A stretch of DNA of 64,000 bases from an uncultured Pirellulales bacterium (GCA_964567045.1 CAZMLE010000015.1:225-64224); one strand, 5' to 3'. Counted from the first letter of the stretch, positions 9,722 through 18,610 are shown. The notes: generated from the sequence alone by a model not told the origin. A program made the numbers and translations.

Positions 9722-10141
9722 ATGCGTGAATGGATCGTTGAAGGAACAATCAGAATATACGCGTTCTTATTGCCCATCGCGGGGATAGCTTTGGTGATTA
9801 GTCTGTTGGTGCTCTTGCCGATGACGGCATGGCGTAAGACCAGAGTTATAGCAGGATTTGGCCTCCTCATTTCTTCTTATGTCCTTGGGGTAACAACATG
9901 GTTTTTGGGTGCAGCCGTGACATTTGGGTCCTTTGGTTGGCTTGGCCTAATAATTGGTCTTCTGTTTCTCGGATTAGGCGTCGTGCCACTGGGCATCATC
10001 GGCGCCTTTTTCAAGCTTAATACTATTGGACTCTCATTGACCTTGTGTGTGTTGCTTGCAATTACATTAGTCGCTCGATTCGCAGGAATGTCCTTCCTCG
10101 ACCGTAGCGGTACTTGCATAGATGATAACAATTCTGGATAG
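9722..10141 (+). CDS. Small integral membrane protein (about 4 TM helices)
   Basis: Hydrophobic segments IYAFLLPIAGIALVISLLVLL, VIAGFGLLISSYVLGV, GLIIGLLFLGLGVVPLGIIGAFF. Start moved to ATG 9722 because the track TTG start lies inside the REP. Confidence 0.55.
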   Translation: MREWIVEGTIRIYAFLLPIAGIALVISLLVLLPMTAWRKTRVIAGFGLLISSYVLGVTTWFLGAAVTFGSFGWLGLIIGLLFLGLGVVPLGIIGAFFKLNTIGLSLTLCVLLAITLVARFAGMSFLDRSGTCIDDNNSG

Positions 10142-10247
10142 TGAGTTACATGAAAACGGCGGGTGTCCCAGACAAACCAGACAAGCACAAACATGGGGCA
10201 GAAATGCATAGGATTGTTCGTTTCAATTGAGGAGTTAATAAAATAAT

Positions 10248-10637
10248 ATGAAAAATAAGACACTAGCAATCTTTGGCATAGGAACCTACCTACTATCAGT
10301 CATAGCATCTGCTTCGGACCTTGAAGGCAACCCCGTTGTGCCGGTTGCTTTAATTGTGATATCGGGACTTGCAGATTTACTGTTTACGATAATGGCAACA
10401 GTGCGCCTGTGGAAATCAGCGAGAAATGTATCAATCATATTTGCATCTTCAAGAGTTGTTCTTTTTATACTGGGGGTGATCCAAGAATTTGCATTACCTT
10501 CATACGGATCACCAATTATTATCCTATCTAACATTGTTAAGGTAGTCAGTTTCATTGTGTTTGTTTGGGCTATAATAAAACTTTTCAGGATGAAAGAAAA
10601 AAGTCAGGGTAGGCAGCAATTGGTGGCTAGCGTTTAA
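10248..10637 (+). CDS. Small integral membrane protein
   Basis: GAGGAG SD before the ATG. Four hydrophobic helices. Confidence 0.55.
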   Translation: MKNKTLAIFGIGTYLLSVIASASDLEGNPVVPVALIVISGLADLLFTIMATVRLWKSARNVSIIFASSRVVLFILGVIQEFALPSYGSPIIILSNIVKVVSFIVFVWAIIKLFRMKEKSQGRQQLVASV

Positions 10638-10775
10638 CTGTAGGCTCGGTTTACGAGGGTCCATTCAGTATTGCTTTGAAGACGCCTTACGGCAGAGCAA
10701 ACAGGTGGCTATGGTTCAAGTTGCTCGTCCTACCATCCTTGCATAATTCCGGCCAAATGTAGAAAGGATTAGCGC

Positions 10776-11360
10776 GTGTTCACAGATCAAAAATCAATTG
10801 AAGAGAACTGTCGTTCCTTATTCAGTTACCTTGGAAAGAATCCTGGAACCTGGTGGTTATCGTCAAGTAGACTGAAGGAAGCTGCGGACACTCTGCGAGA
10901 TACATGTTGGCCCAAAGAAAAAAAACACCACGACCTGAAAACTGCGACGGCTAACTTCAGGCTTGGTCCTGTCTATATGCTGCTTATGGGCATGGCTATT
11001 GAAAATGCGTTAAAGGCTATCATCGTAGCTCAAGATGATCAGTGCATTCAAGAAAAGGGTCTCTCAAAGAACTTTGCTAAGCATGGTCTAAAAGTGCTGT
11101 GGAGCAAAGCGGGGCTTAACAAATATCGGCAGAATGACCGGTTATTAGATCGGCTTGAAAGTTTTATTGTCACCTTCGGGAGATATCCGGTGTCAAGAAC
11201 CAAGTGTCAGATGGGTACAATGATAGGTTCGTCATTTCACGGAGAACCGGACTTTGATAACGTGAATAGACTATGGGTGTTTCTTGAAAAACAGTTGAAG
11301 CAGGCCATCCCTACACTATTCGAGGAGGCGCACTCCGAAGAATATAACGACAAATCCTAA
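10776..11360 (+). CDS. HEPN-like domain protein (tentative)
   Basis: MAIENALKAIIVAQ..NFAKHGLKVLWSKAGL..FGRYP resembles HEPN helices. The usual Rx4-6H appears as KNFAKH. Confidence 0.4.
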   Translation: MFTDQKSIEENCRSLFSYLGKNPGTWWLSSSRLKEAADTLRDTCWPKEKKHHDLKTATANFRLGPVYMLLMGMAIENALKAIIVAQDDQCIQEKGLSKNFAKHGLKVLWSKAGLNKYRQNDRLLDRLESFIVTFGRYPVSRTKCQMGTMIGSSFHGEPDFDNVNRLWVFLEKQLKQAIPTLFEEAHSEEYNDKS

Positions 11361-11406
11361 TAAAATCGCTTCAGCCACGTAGGCCATGGCATTTCGCAGG
11401 TTTTCG

Positions 11407-11445
11407 TATTGCCCACATGATTGGCGCGATTCGTTGCACCCTACC
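11407..11445 (-). repeat. REP-type palindromic element, copy B of the 39-bp direct repeat
   Basis: tattgcccacatgattggcgcgattcgttgcaccctacc. Three substitutions relative to copy A, all inside the hairpin. Confidence 0.6.
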
Positions 11446-11471
11446 GGATATAGGTAATTCGTCTGCAAGGG

Positions 11472-12002
11472 CTATTGCTCGCCTACAGCTTCGATATCGG
11501 CGGCGTCCTTTTTTCTGCCGGTCGCCCTTTTATTGGCGATGAAATCTGCGCGACTGATGAAAAATACCGGCGTCTGGCCGTAACAGCCGGGGACTTTGCC
11601 GGCGTCCGCCTTTTCCCACGAGACTCCACTGGCTTTCGTAATGATGTCGATGCGTACGGGAGGAACGCCAAGCTGAATGACCTTGCCGGGCGTGGCGAAA
11701 TCGTCCTCAGACAGATCCAGCGACCCGAAGCCAAACTCGTTTAGAGCGGCGAGAATCCGCTCGGCGTTTTCGCGGGCTGGCCTGACAAATAGGTCGATGT
11801 CGCCGGTCAGAATGAAGTGCTTGTCGTAATCCAGAGGACTATCGCCCAGCAATAATAGATCGGCTGCCGTAGCAATCTGGTACGGGTCTTCTGCCGTTCC
11901 GCTGCCCCCGGCGTATTTGGCCTGGGTAGGTATGCCGATAAGGCAAACCGCGATAAGTAAGGGGATTATCCGCAGGATTCTGGAATCGTTCAGCGCCTCC
12001 AT
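11472..12002 (-). CDS. Chimeric ORF: signal peptide and first ~60 aa of a large secreted protein fused in frame to a small nucleotidyltransferase-like protein
   Basis: N-terminal part: MEALNDSRILRIIPLLIAVCLIG..YAGGSGTAEDPYQIATAADLLLLGDSPLDYDKHFILTGDIDL. It joins at DIDL-FV to ARENAERILAALNEFGFG..VIQLGVPPVRIDIIT..FISRADFIANKRATGRKKDAADIEA. GGAGGA SD before ATG 12002. Confidence 0.55.
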   Translation of the reverse strand: MEALNDSRILRIIPLLIAVCLIGIPTQAKYAGGSGTAEDPYQIATAADLLLLGDSPLDYDKHFILTGDIDLFVRPARENAERILAALNEFGFGSLDLSEDDFATPGKVIQLGVPPVRIDIITKASGVSWEKADAGKVPGCYGQTPVFFISRADFIANKRATGRKKDAADIEAVGEQ

Positions 12003-12176
12003 TTTTGTTCCTCCGCCCCCCGTGTACAATTCAAATCGAACCCACAAGATGCTCATTCCGTGGTTGTCGGTTCATATTATACCAGGTCCATTCTCTGCCG
12101 TCAATTATAAGACGTGAAAAACTGTCTGTGCCCCCACCCCCGCAGGTTCGCGTTTGTGAAGCAAACCGGCGGGGGG

Positions 12177-13433
12177 CTAAACACCTGATGCACTTGTTTG
12201 GTTCCGCCTCGTCGGGGCTAAGAAGTGCTCGAAAAACAGGTAAATTTGCTCGTTTGATTCTGGAGTTGGCGTGTGACCTTTCCGGCTGGTCATGGCAACC
12301 CTGTTGGAATAGCCCAAGACCTTATTGACTGCAATCGTGTGATTGAGGGCTTTCCATCGCTCCGGCGGGTCTTCTGAGCCGCCAGAGACCAGGAACGGTC
12401 TGGGGGCCATCAAGGCATGCAACTCGTGCAGATCATGTCCCTGCTCAAGCAGGCTCTTGTATGGGCCTGTTCGAGGATTACTCTCGCTGGGAACGCCTCG
12501 CTGACGCTGCTTGTCGGGCCTGCCCTGAGCCAAGCCGAAGGGCTCATATCCCAGATACCACGGCTCCCAGTAGTTCACATTAGGCCGGGTCTCATCAAAG
12601 ACGATGCCGGGGTCTGACCAGACGGCGCAGGCGAACTTTTCATATAGACAAGATGTGAACATTGCCCATTTGCCGCCGTAGGAATGGCCCACGATCCCGA
12701 TGCGGACAGGGTCAACTTCAGGCCTGTTCGCCAGGCAGTTGCAGCAGTTGGCGGCCACGTAGGCAAGCGCGGAAAGCGGCTGCAGCGGAGTTTGCCCTTG
12801 CCCGGCCTCATACAAGGGCTTGTATGGAGGTCGCAGGCTGCAAAAGTCCGGCGTTCCGATCGACAGAGTGACGAACCCACGCCTGGTCAATTGCAGGCCG
12901 AAGTCCGTGAATTCTTTGCCCAGGCCGGCGCCGGTCTCGGCGTCATAGTAGACCACCAGTACCGCTGGAAACGGCCCTTCGCCGTTCGGAACAAGCAGAT
13001 AGCCCCTTACTGTTTGCTGGTTCGGCGCTATCTCGATTGAAAGGCGATGCTGCGTGAAGCTGTCTCGCTGCTCCTTCGCCAGATATTCTATTTTCGGTTT
13101 GTCGATTAACGGAGGCCAAGACCCGATGAGCGTATGCCAGGTTTGCAGTATCTCTGCCCTACGTTTTTGCCAGTCCGCCGGCGTCTTAACAGGCGTGCCG
13201 TCATCGAATCTTAAGACCGGTCTGTAATCACTAAAGTCGTCAGTAAACTCTGGCGGAGGTCTGAAAAACGGTGCTATTTTCGCAGGGGGCTCTGCGATGT
13301 TACTATCTTGAGTTCTGCGCGGTTGACTGCACAAGCCCCCATGGCTCGATAGCAGCAGCATCAGGATGACAGCAGGCACAAATGTCTTCATTCTTATGGC
13401 CATTGCCGGAGACTTTCTTATCAAAAGCAACAA
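12177..13433 (-). CDS. Secreted alpha/beta hydrolase (dienelactone hydrolase / acetyl-xylan-esterase-like)
   Basis: Signal peptide. Nucleophile elbow GHSYGGKW. Overall alpha/beta-hydrolase layout. The exact start is uncertain. Confidence 0.7.
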   Translation of the reverse strand: MLLLIRKSPAMAIRMKTFVPAVILMLLLSSHGGLCSQPRRTQDSNIAEPPAKIAPFFRPPPEFTDDFSDYRPVLRFDDGTPVKTPADWQKRRAEILQTWHTLIGSWPPLIDKPKIEYLAKEQRDSFTQHRLSIEIAPNQQTVRGYLLVPNGEGPFPAVLVVYYDAETGAGLGKEFTDFGLQLTRRGFVTLSIGTPDFCSLRPPYKPLYEAGQGQTPLQPLSALAYVAANCCNCLANRPEVDPVRIGIVGHSYGGKWAMFTSCLYEKFACAVWSDPGIVFDETRPNVNYWEPWYLGYEPFGLAQGRPDKQRQRGVPSESNPRTGPYKSLLEQGHDLHELHALMAPRPFLVSGGSEDPPERWKALNHTIAVNKVLGYSNRVAMTSRKGHTPTPESNEQIYLFFEHFLAPTRRNQTSASGV

Positions 13434-13440
13434 GCACTAT

Positions 13441-13482
13441 TGGCAATTGAAAATTGTAAATTGAAGATTGGAAATTGGCAAT
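13441..13482. repeat. Heptanucleotide tandem array, AT-rich class (6 units)
   Basis: TGGCAAT TGAAAAT TGTAAAT TGAAGAT TGGAAAT TGGCAAT, lying between two minus-strand genes. Confidence 0.8.
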
Positions 13483-13484
13483 GG

Positions 13485-14282
13485 TCATCGGGCGAGCTGG
13501 GCGGGTCTCGGCGCCTGGTAATACCGCGCCATCGAGTCGCATAGTTGCTGCAGGACTTTTCGCCCGTCAGGATTTGCTTCTAATCCGACAAATTGCAGGC
13601 CCAGATGAATCGTTTTTTCATCTGTGCTAGGCAAGACCTCTCTGACCTTAGCATCGAGCGTTATAGTCTGGTCGATCGGAGTCTCTATCAACACCAACCT
13701 GACGAACTGGTTCTGCTCGAAATCCGGCCTTTCTGCAGCGTTGACCGCAATTTTTGCCCCTGCTTGCGAAATGTCGACAAGCTTTGCCTGCCAGTACCGT
13801 TCGGGCAGGCCTTTGTCATCGTTATTCTCAGGGCCCTTATGCCAAATCAAAGCCTTCGCCTCCAGTTTGCTGACGTCCAGGCGAAAGTAGCTTCTTCTTT
13901 CGACTTGTTCGCCGTTTTCGGCGTCCTGGAGTTTTATAGTCCCGCCTTGTTCGGCAGCTTCTGATGCCTCCAGGACGACCGCTGCTTTCTGAGCGTCCTG
14001 GAATATTCTGTCAAAACCGATGGCCTCAAATATGTCTCTTGTAATGGGAGCGACCTTGCAGAAAGCCAGACGGTGCCCCAGGCACGTCAGAGTTTTATGT
14101 AATTTCGTCAACTGACACAGAGTCAGGCATGTGACTCGTTCTACTCTGGAGAAATCCAGTATTACGTCAGAATCGGGTTTCTCATAGACGGTGTCTATCA
14201 CGGTCTCTAATTCGTTGCTGGTGTGGGGTTCGCCCGGCAACTGTACGATAATAATATCGCCGGACCAACTTCGGACAGTCAT
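13485..14282 (-). CDS. STAS (anti-sigma antagonist-like) plus PilZ domain protein
   Basis: N-terminal STAS pattern (IIIVQLPGEP..LDFSRVERVT..ITRDIFEAIGFDRIF). C-terminal PilZ motifs RRSYFRL and DISQAG. ATG 14282 preferred over the track TTG. Confidence 0.7.
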   Translation of the reverse strand: MTVRSWSGDIIIVQLPGEPHTSNELETVIDTVYEKPDSDVILDFSRVERVTCLTLCQLTKLHKTLTCLGHRLAFCKVAPITRDIFEAIGFDRIFQDAQKAAVVLEASEAAEQGGTIKLQDAENGEQVERRSYFRLDVSKLEAKALIWHKGPENNDDKGLPERYWQAKLVDISQAGAKIAVNAAERPDFEQNQFVRLVLIETPIDQTITLDAKVREVLPSTDEKTIHLGLQFVGLEANPDGRKVLQQLCDSMARYYQAPRPAQLAR

Positions 14283-14396
14283 TTTCAGATCTCCATAAAA
14301 GCTAAAGGACAATCCCCAAGGATTAGACTTATTGATTGTTATCGGTCAGATTAGGGTGCGACTTCAGCACTTTCGCCCGCGGCCCCCCTTCTTGCT

Positions 14397-14439
14397 CCCC
14401 GCGTACGCGGGGACAAGTTTACCCCTGCGCACGCAGGGG
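14397..14439. repeat. Twin GC-rich perfect palindromes
   Basis: CCCCGCGTACGCGGGG (14397-14412) and CCCCTGCGCACGCAGGGG (14422-14439). The first recurs at 21539-21557. Confidence 0.6.
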
Positions 14440-14534
14440 CAAGAAAGCAGGGGGATCGGTTGACTTGCAGTTCAATATCGTTATACTACAGCCTCGTGAG
14501 TGCTCTAATGCATCGCCAAGTGTTTGCTCCTGGC

Positions 14535-14569
14535 GAAACGAGATACGAAATACGAGCGACGATATACGA
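14535..14569 (+). repeat. Heptanucleotide tandem array, TACGA class (5 units)
   Basis: GAAACGA GATACGA AATACGA GCGACGA TATACGA, ending 4 nt before tRNA-Glu. Confidence 0.8.
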
Positions 14570-14573
14570 AGCC

Positions 14574-14646
14574 GCCCCCATCGTCTAGTGGCTTAGGATA
14601 CCGGGTTCTCATCCCGGCGACAGGGGTTCGACTCCCCTTGGGGGTA
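14574..14646 (+). tRNA. tRNA-Glu (anticodon CTC)
   Basis: Acceptor GCCCCCA/TGGGGGT. Anticodon arm CCGGG-TTCTCAT-CCCGG. T arm AGGGG-TTCGACT-CCCCT. Confidence 0.9.
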
Positions 14647-14687
14647 TTTTTTATTGAATATTGATGATTGATTATTGACTTTTTCGG

Positions 14688-15194
14688 ATGCGGCTTTTGG
14701 TGAGCGATGAAGCGGGCAAATCCGTGTTGGGTGACACTGATGAGCGGTTCATGCGGCTGGCGCTCGATCAGGCTAAGATCGCGGAGGAAAATGGCGATGT
14801 GCCTATAGGAGCGGTTATCGTTTACCAAAACCAGATAATCGGCAAGGCATACAACCAAAGAGAGCAGCTCAAAGACCCTACCGCCCACGCGGAAATAATT
14901 GCTCTGACCCAGGCGGCAGCGGCGCTTCAAAGCTGGCGATTGACCGGCTGTACAATGTATGTCACTTTAGAGCCCTGCCCGATGTGTGCCGGTGCGCTGG
15001 TGCTGGCACGAATCGACCGGCTGGTCTACGGCTGCGATGACCCAAAGACAGGCGCGTGCAAAAGCCTGTATAACATCGTACAAGATGAAAGACTCAACCA
15101 CCGCCTTGAAGTGACATCAGGAGTCTTGGCCCAGGAGTGCAGCAACCTGCTGCAAGGTTTCTTTCAGCACCGCCGAAGCGAAGATAGTCAGTAA
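14688..15194 (+). CDS. tadA: tRNA adenosine(34) deaminase
   Basis: HAEIIAL and PCPMCAGAL zinc-binding motifs. Typical size and [18 protein letters not shown]-terminus. Confidence 0.9.
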   Translation: MRLLVSDEAGKSVLGDTDERFMRLALDQAKIAEENGDVPIGAVIVYQNQIIGKAYNQREQLKDPTAHAEIIALTQAAAALQSWRLTGCTMYVTLEPCPMCAGALVLARIDRLVYGCDDPKTGACKSLYNIVQDERLNHRLEVTSGVLAQECSNLLQGFFQHRRSEDSQ

Positions 15195-15289
15195 GGGATA
15201 GCGTAGAGCGTACAGCGTGTAGCGGATAGAACCTTTCGTCCATCGTCCATCATCGAGCGTCCCTCGTTACTCGGTGCCCGTGAGACAGC

Positions 15290-15826
15290 TCACGTACTTT
15301 TTCGTGGAGGGAGTGGCACAAGCATTGAGACCATCCTGCGATACCGCTGGTAAACATCGCCGAAATCTCTCAGCAGGCGTTTTTCTTCGACCGTCTTGAG
15401 ATAAATGGACGCGCCGACAGACAGGGCGGCCACCAGACCCAGACAAATCGCAGAGTTGAAAAAGACAGCCACAGCAAGATAAGACGAAAGCGCACCAAAC
15501 ATCATCGGGTTTCGCGTGTAGCGATATGGCCCACTGGTTACCAGATGCTGCGACCGGGGGCTGATTTGTGTCCCAAACCAATCAGCAGGGCCTCCTTTGC
15601 CGACAAAAAACAGCCAAAGGTTGGACCATACCACGAATATGATTCCGACACCAGCGATGAGTAATGAAATCACTGTGCGAAGCCCGGCTCCGGCAATGAG
15701 ATTAATGGGCAAGTATCGGTCAAGGCTCGTTGAGATAAGATATAACCCGAGTGGGATGCCGACCACAAATATACTAAAGCCGGTAAGATACCCAACGATA
15801 TGTCTCAGGACTATCTGCTGCTTCAT
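15290..15826 (-). CDS. Isoprenylcysteine carboxyl / phospholipid methyltransferase family membrane protein
   Basis: GPYRYTRNPMMFGA motif and multi-TM layout. Confidence 0.7.
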   Translation of the reverse strand: MKQQIVLRHIVGYLTGFSIFVVGIPLGLYLISTSLDRYLPINLIAGAGLRTVISLLIAGVGIIFVVWSNLWLFFVGKGGPADWFGTQISPRSQHLVTSGPYRYTRNPMMFGALSSYLAVAVFFNSAICLGLVAALSVGASIYLKTVEEKRLLRDFGDVYQRYRRMVSMLVPLPPRKST

Positions 15827-15850
15827 AACTTGGCCTGCCCAGGCAAAACT

Positions 15851-16273
15851 CTATCGTCTTCGCCGAATTCCCCTGGCGATGCGATTACTCAATATGAGGA
15901 TGATTGTGCCGAAGGCCATATTGATTGGCCCTTCCCAAAGGCTCCACCACAGCGGCATACCTTCGACAAAGTCAACAACTAAAAGCATCACGCCAAAGAC
16001 GATAATCGCCACGCCAAGAAAGCGTAGTATCAGTCGATGTCGTGGCAGGTCAAATGAGACTACCCACAAAAGCGCACCGAGCAGGGCATAAAACGCCGAC
16101 GTTGACCGGGCAAGGTATCCGACTATCGGCTCGGCTGGTAGTTGACCTAAGCCCAGCCACTTGTGGATAGCGTTCATCCAGGAATAGGGCATAAAAACAG
16201 CAACCAGGGCGAGAAGTGCAACGCTGCCAATAACTCGCAAGAACAACTTGAAGAAACGCTCTTGATTTGTCAT
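15851..16273 (-). CDS. Integral membrane protein, unknown function
   Basis: Four hydrophobic helices. 4-nt overlap with the upstream gene suggests an operon. Confidence 0.5.
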   Translation of the reverse strand: MTNQERFFKLFLRVIGSVALLALVAVFMPYSWMNAIHKWLGLGQLPAEPIVGYLARSTSAFYALLGALLWVVSFDLPRHRLILRFLGVAIIVFGVMLLVVDFVEGMPLWWSLWEGPINMAFGTIILILSNRIARGIRRRR

Positions 16274-16728
16274 CTTCGACGATCTCCACGCTGTTGAAGC
16301 TTGCGTAGTGCCGGTGAAGAAAATTTTCCATCGCTGGGTTCAACTTTATCCAAAATATGAAGCGATTCCTCGGAGAATGCATAACGAAAGCCCGCATCTG
16401 TATAGGTCCGCGCAACTCGTAGAGCTCGTAGATGTGTATCCGGCAATCGTTCGGCGTGAAATTCGCCGCGTCTATCGAGACCCGCACAACTTAATTGTAT
16501 GATCGAGTCGTTAAGCGCATTTTCGATGGCAGCAGCAGCATCTTCTATACGTCCGGTACGGATTAGTGCCAGGCGGTTGATGTGCTGAATCAACCAACTA
16601 CCGTTGGCATCCAATATGTAGTTCTTCATCTGGGAACCGCAATATGCGGCGCCGAAAAGGAAGCCAATACAGCTTCCAATACAAGTACAGATGATTGCCA
16701 CTACCAGAATAGATGCACGCTTAGACAT
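16270..16728 (-). CDS. Membrane-anchored hypothetical protein
   Basis: N-terminal TM helix ILVVAIICTCIGSCIGFLFGAAY. GGAGG before the ATG. Confidence 0.5.
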   Translation of the reverse strand: MSKRASILVVAIICTCIGSCIGFLFGAAYCGSQMKNYILDANGSWLIQHINRLALIRTGRIEDAAAAIENALNDSIIQLSCAGLDRRGEFHAERLPDTHLRALRVARTYTDAGFRYAFSEESLHILDKVEPSDGKFSSPALRKLQQRGDRRR

Positions 16729-16784
16729 GATGGCGCCTCCTAACCATTGCTTATAGGGTTTCCGTATAACGAATAGGATAATGT

Positions 16785-16976
16785 CTAACCGATCCGGCCG
16801 TTTTCGTTGATGTCGGTTCCGTGAAGCTCCTCGAGCTTTTTGACCAGTTCGCGCAATGTGTTCTGCGTCAATTTCAGTTGATCTTCGAGAGCTTGCACCC
16901 GGTCCTCAATAGAATCGGATTTGCGATAGTGACCATACATCAGGCCGGTCTGTACGATTTCCCAAAGAACGCCCAT
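16785..16976 (-). CDS. Small coiled-coil hypothetical protein (63 aa)
   Basis: ORF with heptad-like RVQALEDQLKLTQNTLRELVKKLEEL. Weak support. Confidence 0.3.
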   Translation of the reverse strand: MGVLWEIVQTGLMYGHYRKSDSIEDRVQALEDQLKLTQNTLRELVKKLEELHGTDINENGRIG

Positions 16977-17023
16977 TTTTCACCTCGATTTATTGTCGCT
17001 GTTTCAAATCAACTATCACGGTT

Positions 17024-17045
17024 GGTGGGCTGAAGCCCACCCTAC
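17024..17045 (-). repeat. REP hairpin variant
   Basis: GGTGGGC-tgaa-GCCCACC followed by CTAC. The reverse complement is GTAGGGTGGGC..GCCCACC. Confidence 0.6.
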
Positions 17046-17238
17046 AATTGTTCCGCCCGGATCAACGTTGTCAATCCCGCTCGTGCCGGTGATATTATGG
17101 CCGGGAGTGCCGAGAAAAGCAAGGAATCTTCGTCGGTCGTTCGTCGTATTGCGTCGTGCGGGAGGGCGGAGACCTATTCTGGCAGCACAGTGGATTCCCG
17201 CTTGCGCGGGAATGACACGATGGCTCGGCCAACTTGAG

Positions 17239-17598
17239 TTATTTACTTTTTACCGTCTCGGCCAATTCGGCGATGCGAAGCTCCAGTCTCTTTATTTCTC
17301 GCTTGATGCTGTGTTTGTGGACCATCTCCCAGGCAAAAACTTTCATGAAGCCAATAGCCAGGACGCATGGGACGAAGATGGCAGCATACATAATTTGCAG
17401 TTGCGTCTCGTCGGTCTCGAAGAACTGGATGGCGCTATACACAGCCCCAGCGAAGAAGATGATCCCCCATATCCAGACCACAACGGCGGTGGACCACATT
17501 TTCCTGCTGTAGAAATCCCTTGCCATAGACAGTATGCTGTCTTCTTTTGAGTCGTCATAGGTATCTTCGAGTATTTTTTTTATATCTTCCTCGTTCAT
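17239..17598 (-). CDS. Two-TM membrane protein co-transcribed with the ECF sigma factor (possible anti-sigma/partner)
   Basis: Starts 19 nt after the sigma-factor stop. Two TM helices, then a C-terminal coiled coil (REIKRLELRIAELAETV). Confidence 0.55.
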   Translation of the reverse strand: MNEEDIKKILEDTYDDSKEDSILSMARDFYSRKMWSTAVVVWIWGIIFFAGAVYSAIQFFETDETQLQIMYAAIFVPCVLAIGFMKVFAWEMVHKHSIKREIKRLELRIAELAETVKSK

Positions 17599-17616
17599 TT
17601 TATTTCTCCTTCATTC

Positions 17617-18146
17617 TTATTCGAAATGTTGTTGCCAAAGTTCTTTAAGTTCTTTTCTTGCATTGGCCAGCCGCGACTTAACAGTGCCACCTGGAATCTT
17701 TAAAGCTATGCTTATCTCGGAAACACTAAGCCGTTCAAAATAATAAAGATAAAGAACAGCTCTTTTTCTGATGTCTAATTTTCCCAACAGCTCTTTAACT
17801 TCGATATCCTTTTTTCCCTGTGTTGATGACCTTGAACTTCTTCGATACTGATATGTTTTACAGCTTTGTCTTTTTTTATCCAGTCGATTGACTTGTTTGT
17901 TGTTATTCTATAAGCCCATGCCTTGAAATTTGCAGGGTCGTTCAATTTTCTCAAACCTTTTATGATGCCGAGCCAGCTTTGCTGAGTAATGTCCCACGCT
18001 GCCTGGTTGTCTGAGGTCAACCTAAAAGCATGCTGCCAAAGACGTTTTTGCCATCGGCCGACAAGTTCTTCCATGGCCTTGACATCGCCATCCTGGGCAT
18101 CCATAACCAGCAACTGGTCTTCAATATTTGAAAGTTCGTTTTTCAC
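17617..18146 (-). pseudogene. ECF-type RNA polymerase sigma-70 factor interrupted by a frameshift in a homopolymer
   Basis: Region 2 (WQKRLWQHAFRLT..AWDITQQSWL..FKAWAYRITTNKSIDW) is in the track ORF 17775-18146. Region 4 (RKRAVLYLYYFERLSVSEISIALKIPGGTVKSRLANARKEL) is in another frame, down to stop 17617. The frames join if the T6 run at 17810-17815 had one more base. Confidence 0.75.
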
Positions 18147-18324
18147 TTACTTTATTAGTCTTAAATTCGGCCTGGATGGTTCATTTTGGTTCATAAAAAA
18201 GTGTAGTTACTGCGGCTCAAAAACCAATTGTAAAAATGCTTATTTATTGGTATATACTTAAAAAAGGCCAAAGATAAAAGACTAAAAACTAAATTCTAAT
18301 AACCAGCGACTATTGACCAATAAT

Positions 18325-18413
18325 GGAGAGGTGTCCGAGTGGCCGAAGGAGCACGCTTGGAAAGCGTGTGTCCCGATTAATCGGGACCGCGGGTTCGAAT
18401 CCCGCCCTCTCCG
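18325..18413 (+). tRNA. tRNA-Ser (anticodon GGA)
   Basis: Acceptor GGAGAGG/CCTCTCC. Anticodon arm CACGC-TTGGAAA-GCGTG. Long variable arm GTCCCGATTAATCGGGAC. T loop GGTTCGAATCC. Confidence 0.9.
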
Positions 18414-18523
18414 TTATGAACGAGGTGAATAACGGAAGGGAGCAGCACAACTGCTTGTGCTGCGTCGGGATGAGAAGGGTTTGGCGATGTCCTTTGGACC
18501 GACAAACCCCTGGCCCGAAAGGG

Positions 18524-18540
18524 GAATCCCACCCTCTCCG
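18524..18540 (+). repeat. Duplicate of the tRNA-Ser 3' end
   Basis: gaatcccAccctctccg versus gaatcccGccctctccg at 18397-18413: 16/17 identical, 127 bp downstream. Confidence 0.6.
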
Positions 18541-18610
18541 ATTTTATAAGGGCACAGGAGAATAAGTACGTTATCTTTTGCGTGCCCCTTGTCAGTAGGA
18601 GGTCCATTCG

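Noticed and set aside
16993-17550. 185-aa plus-strand ORF
   Set aside because: It runs through a REP hairpin and a TTCCCGC..GCGGGAA palindrome, then lies antisense to the better-supported membrane-protein gene 17239-17598.
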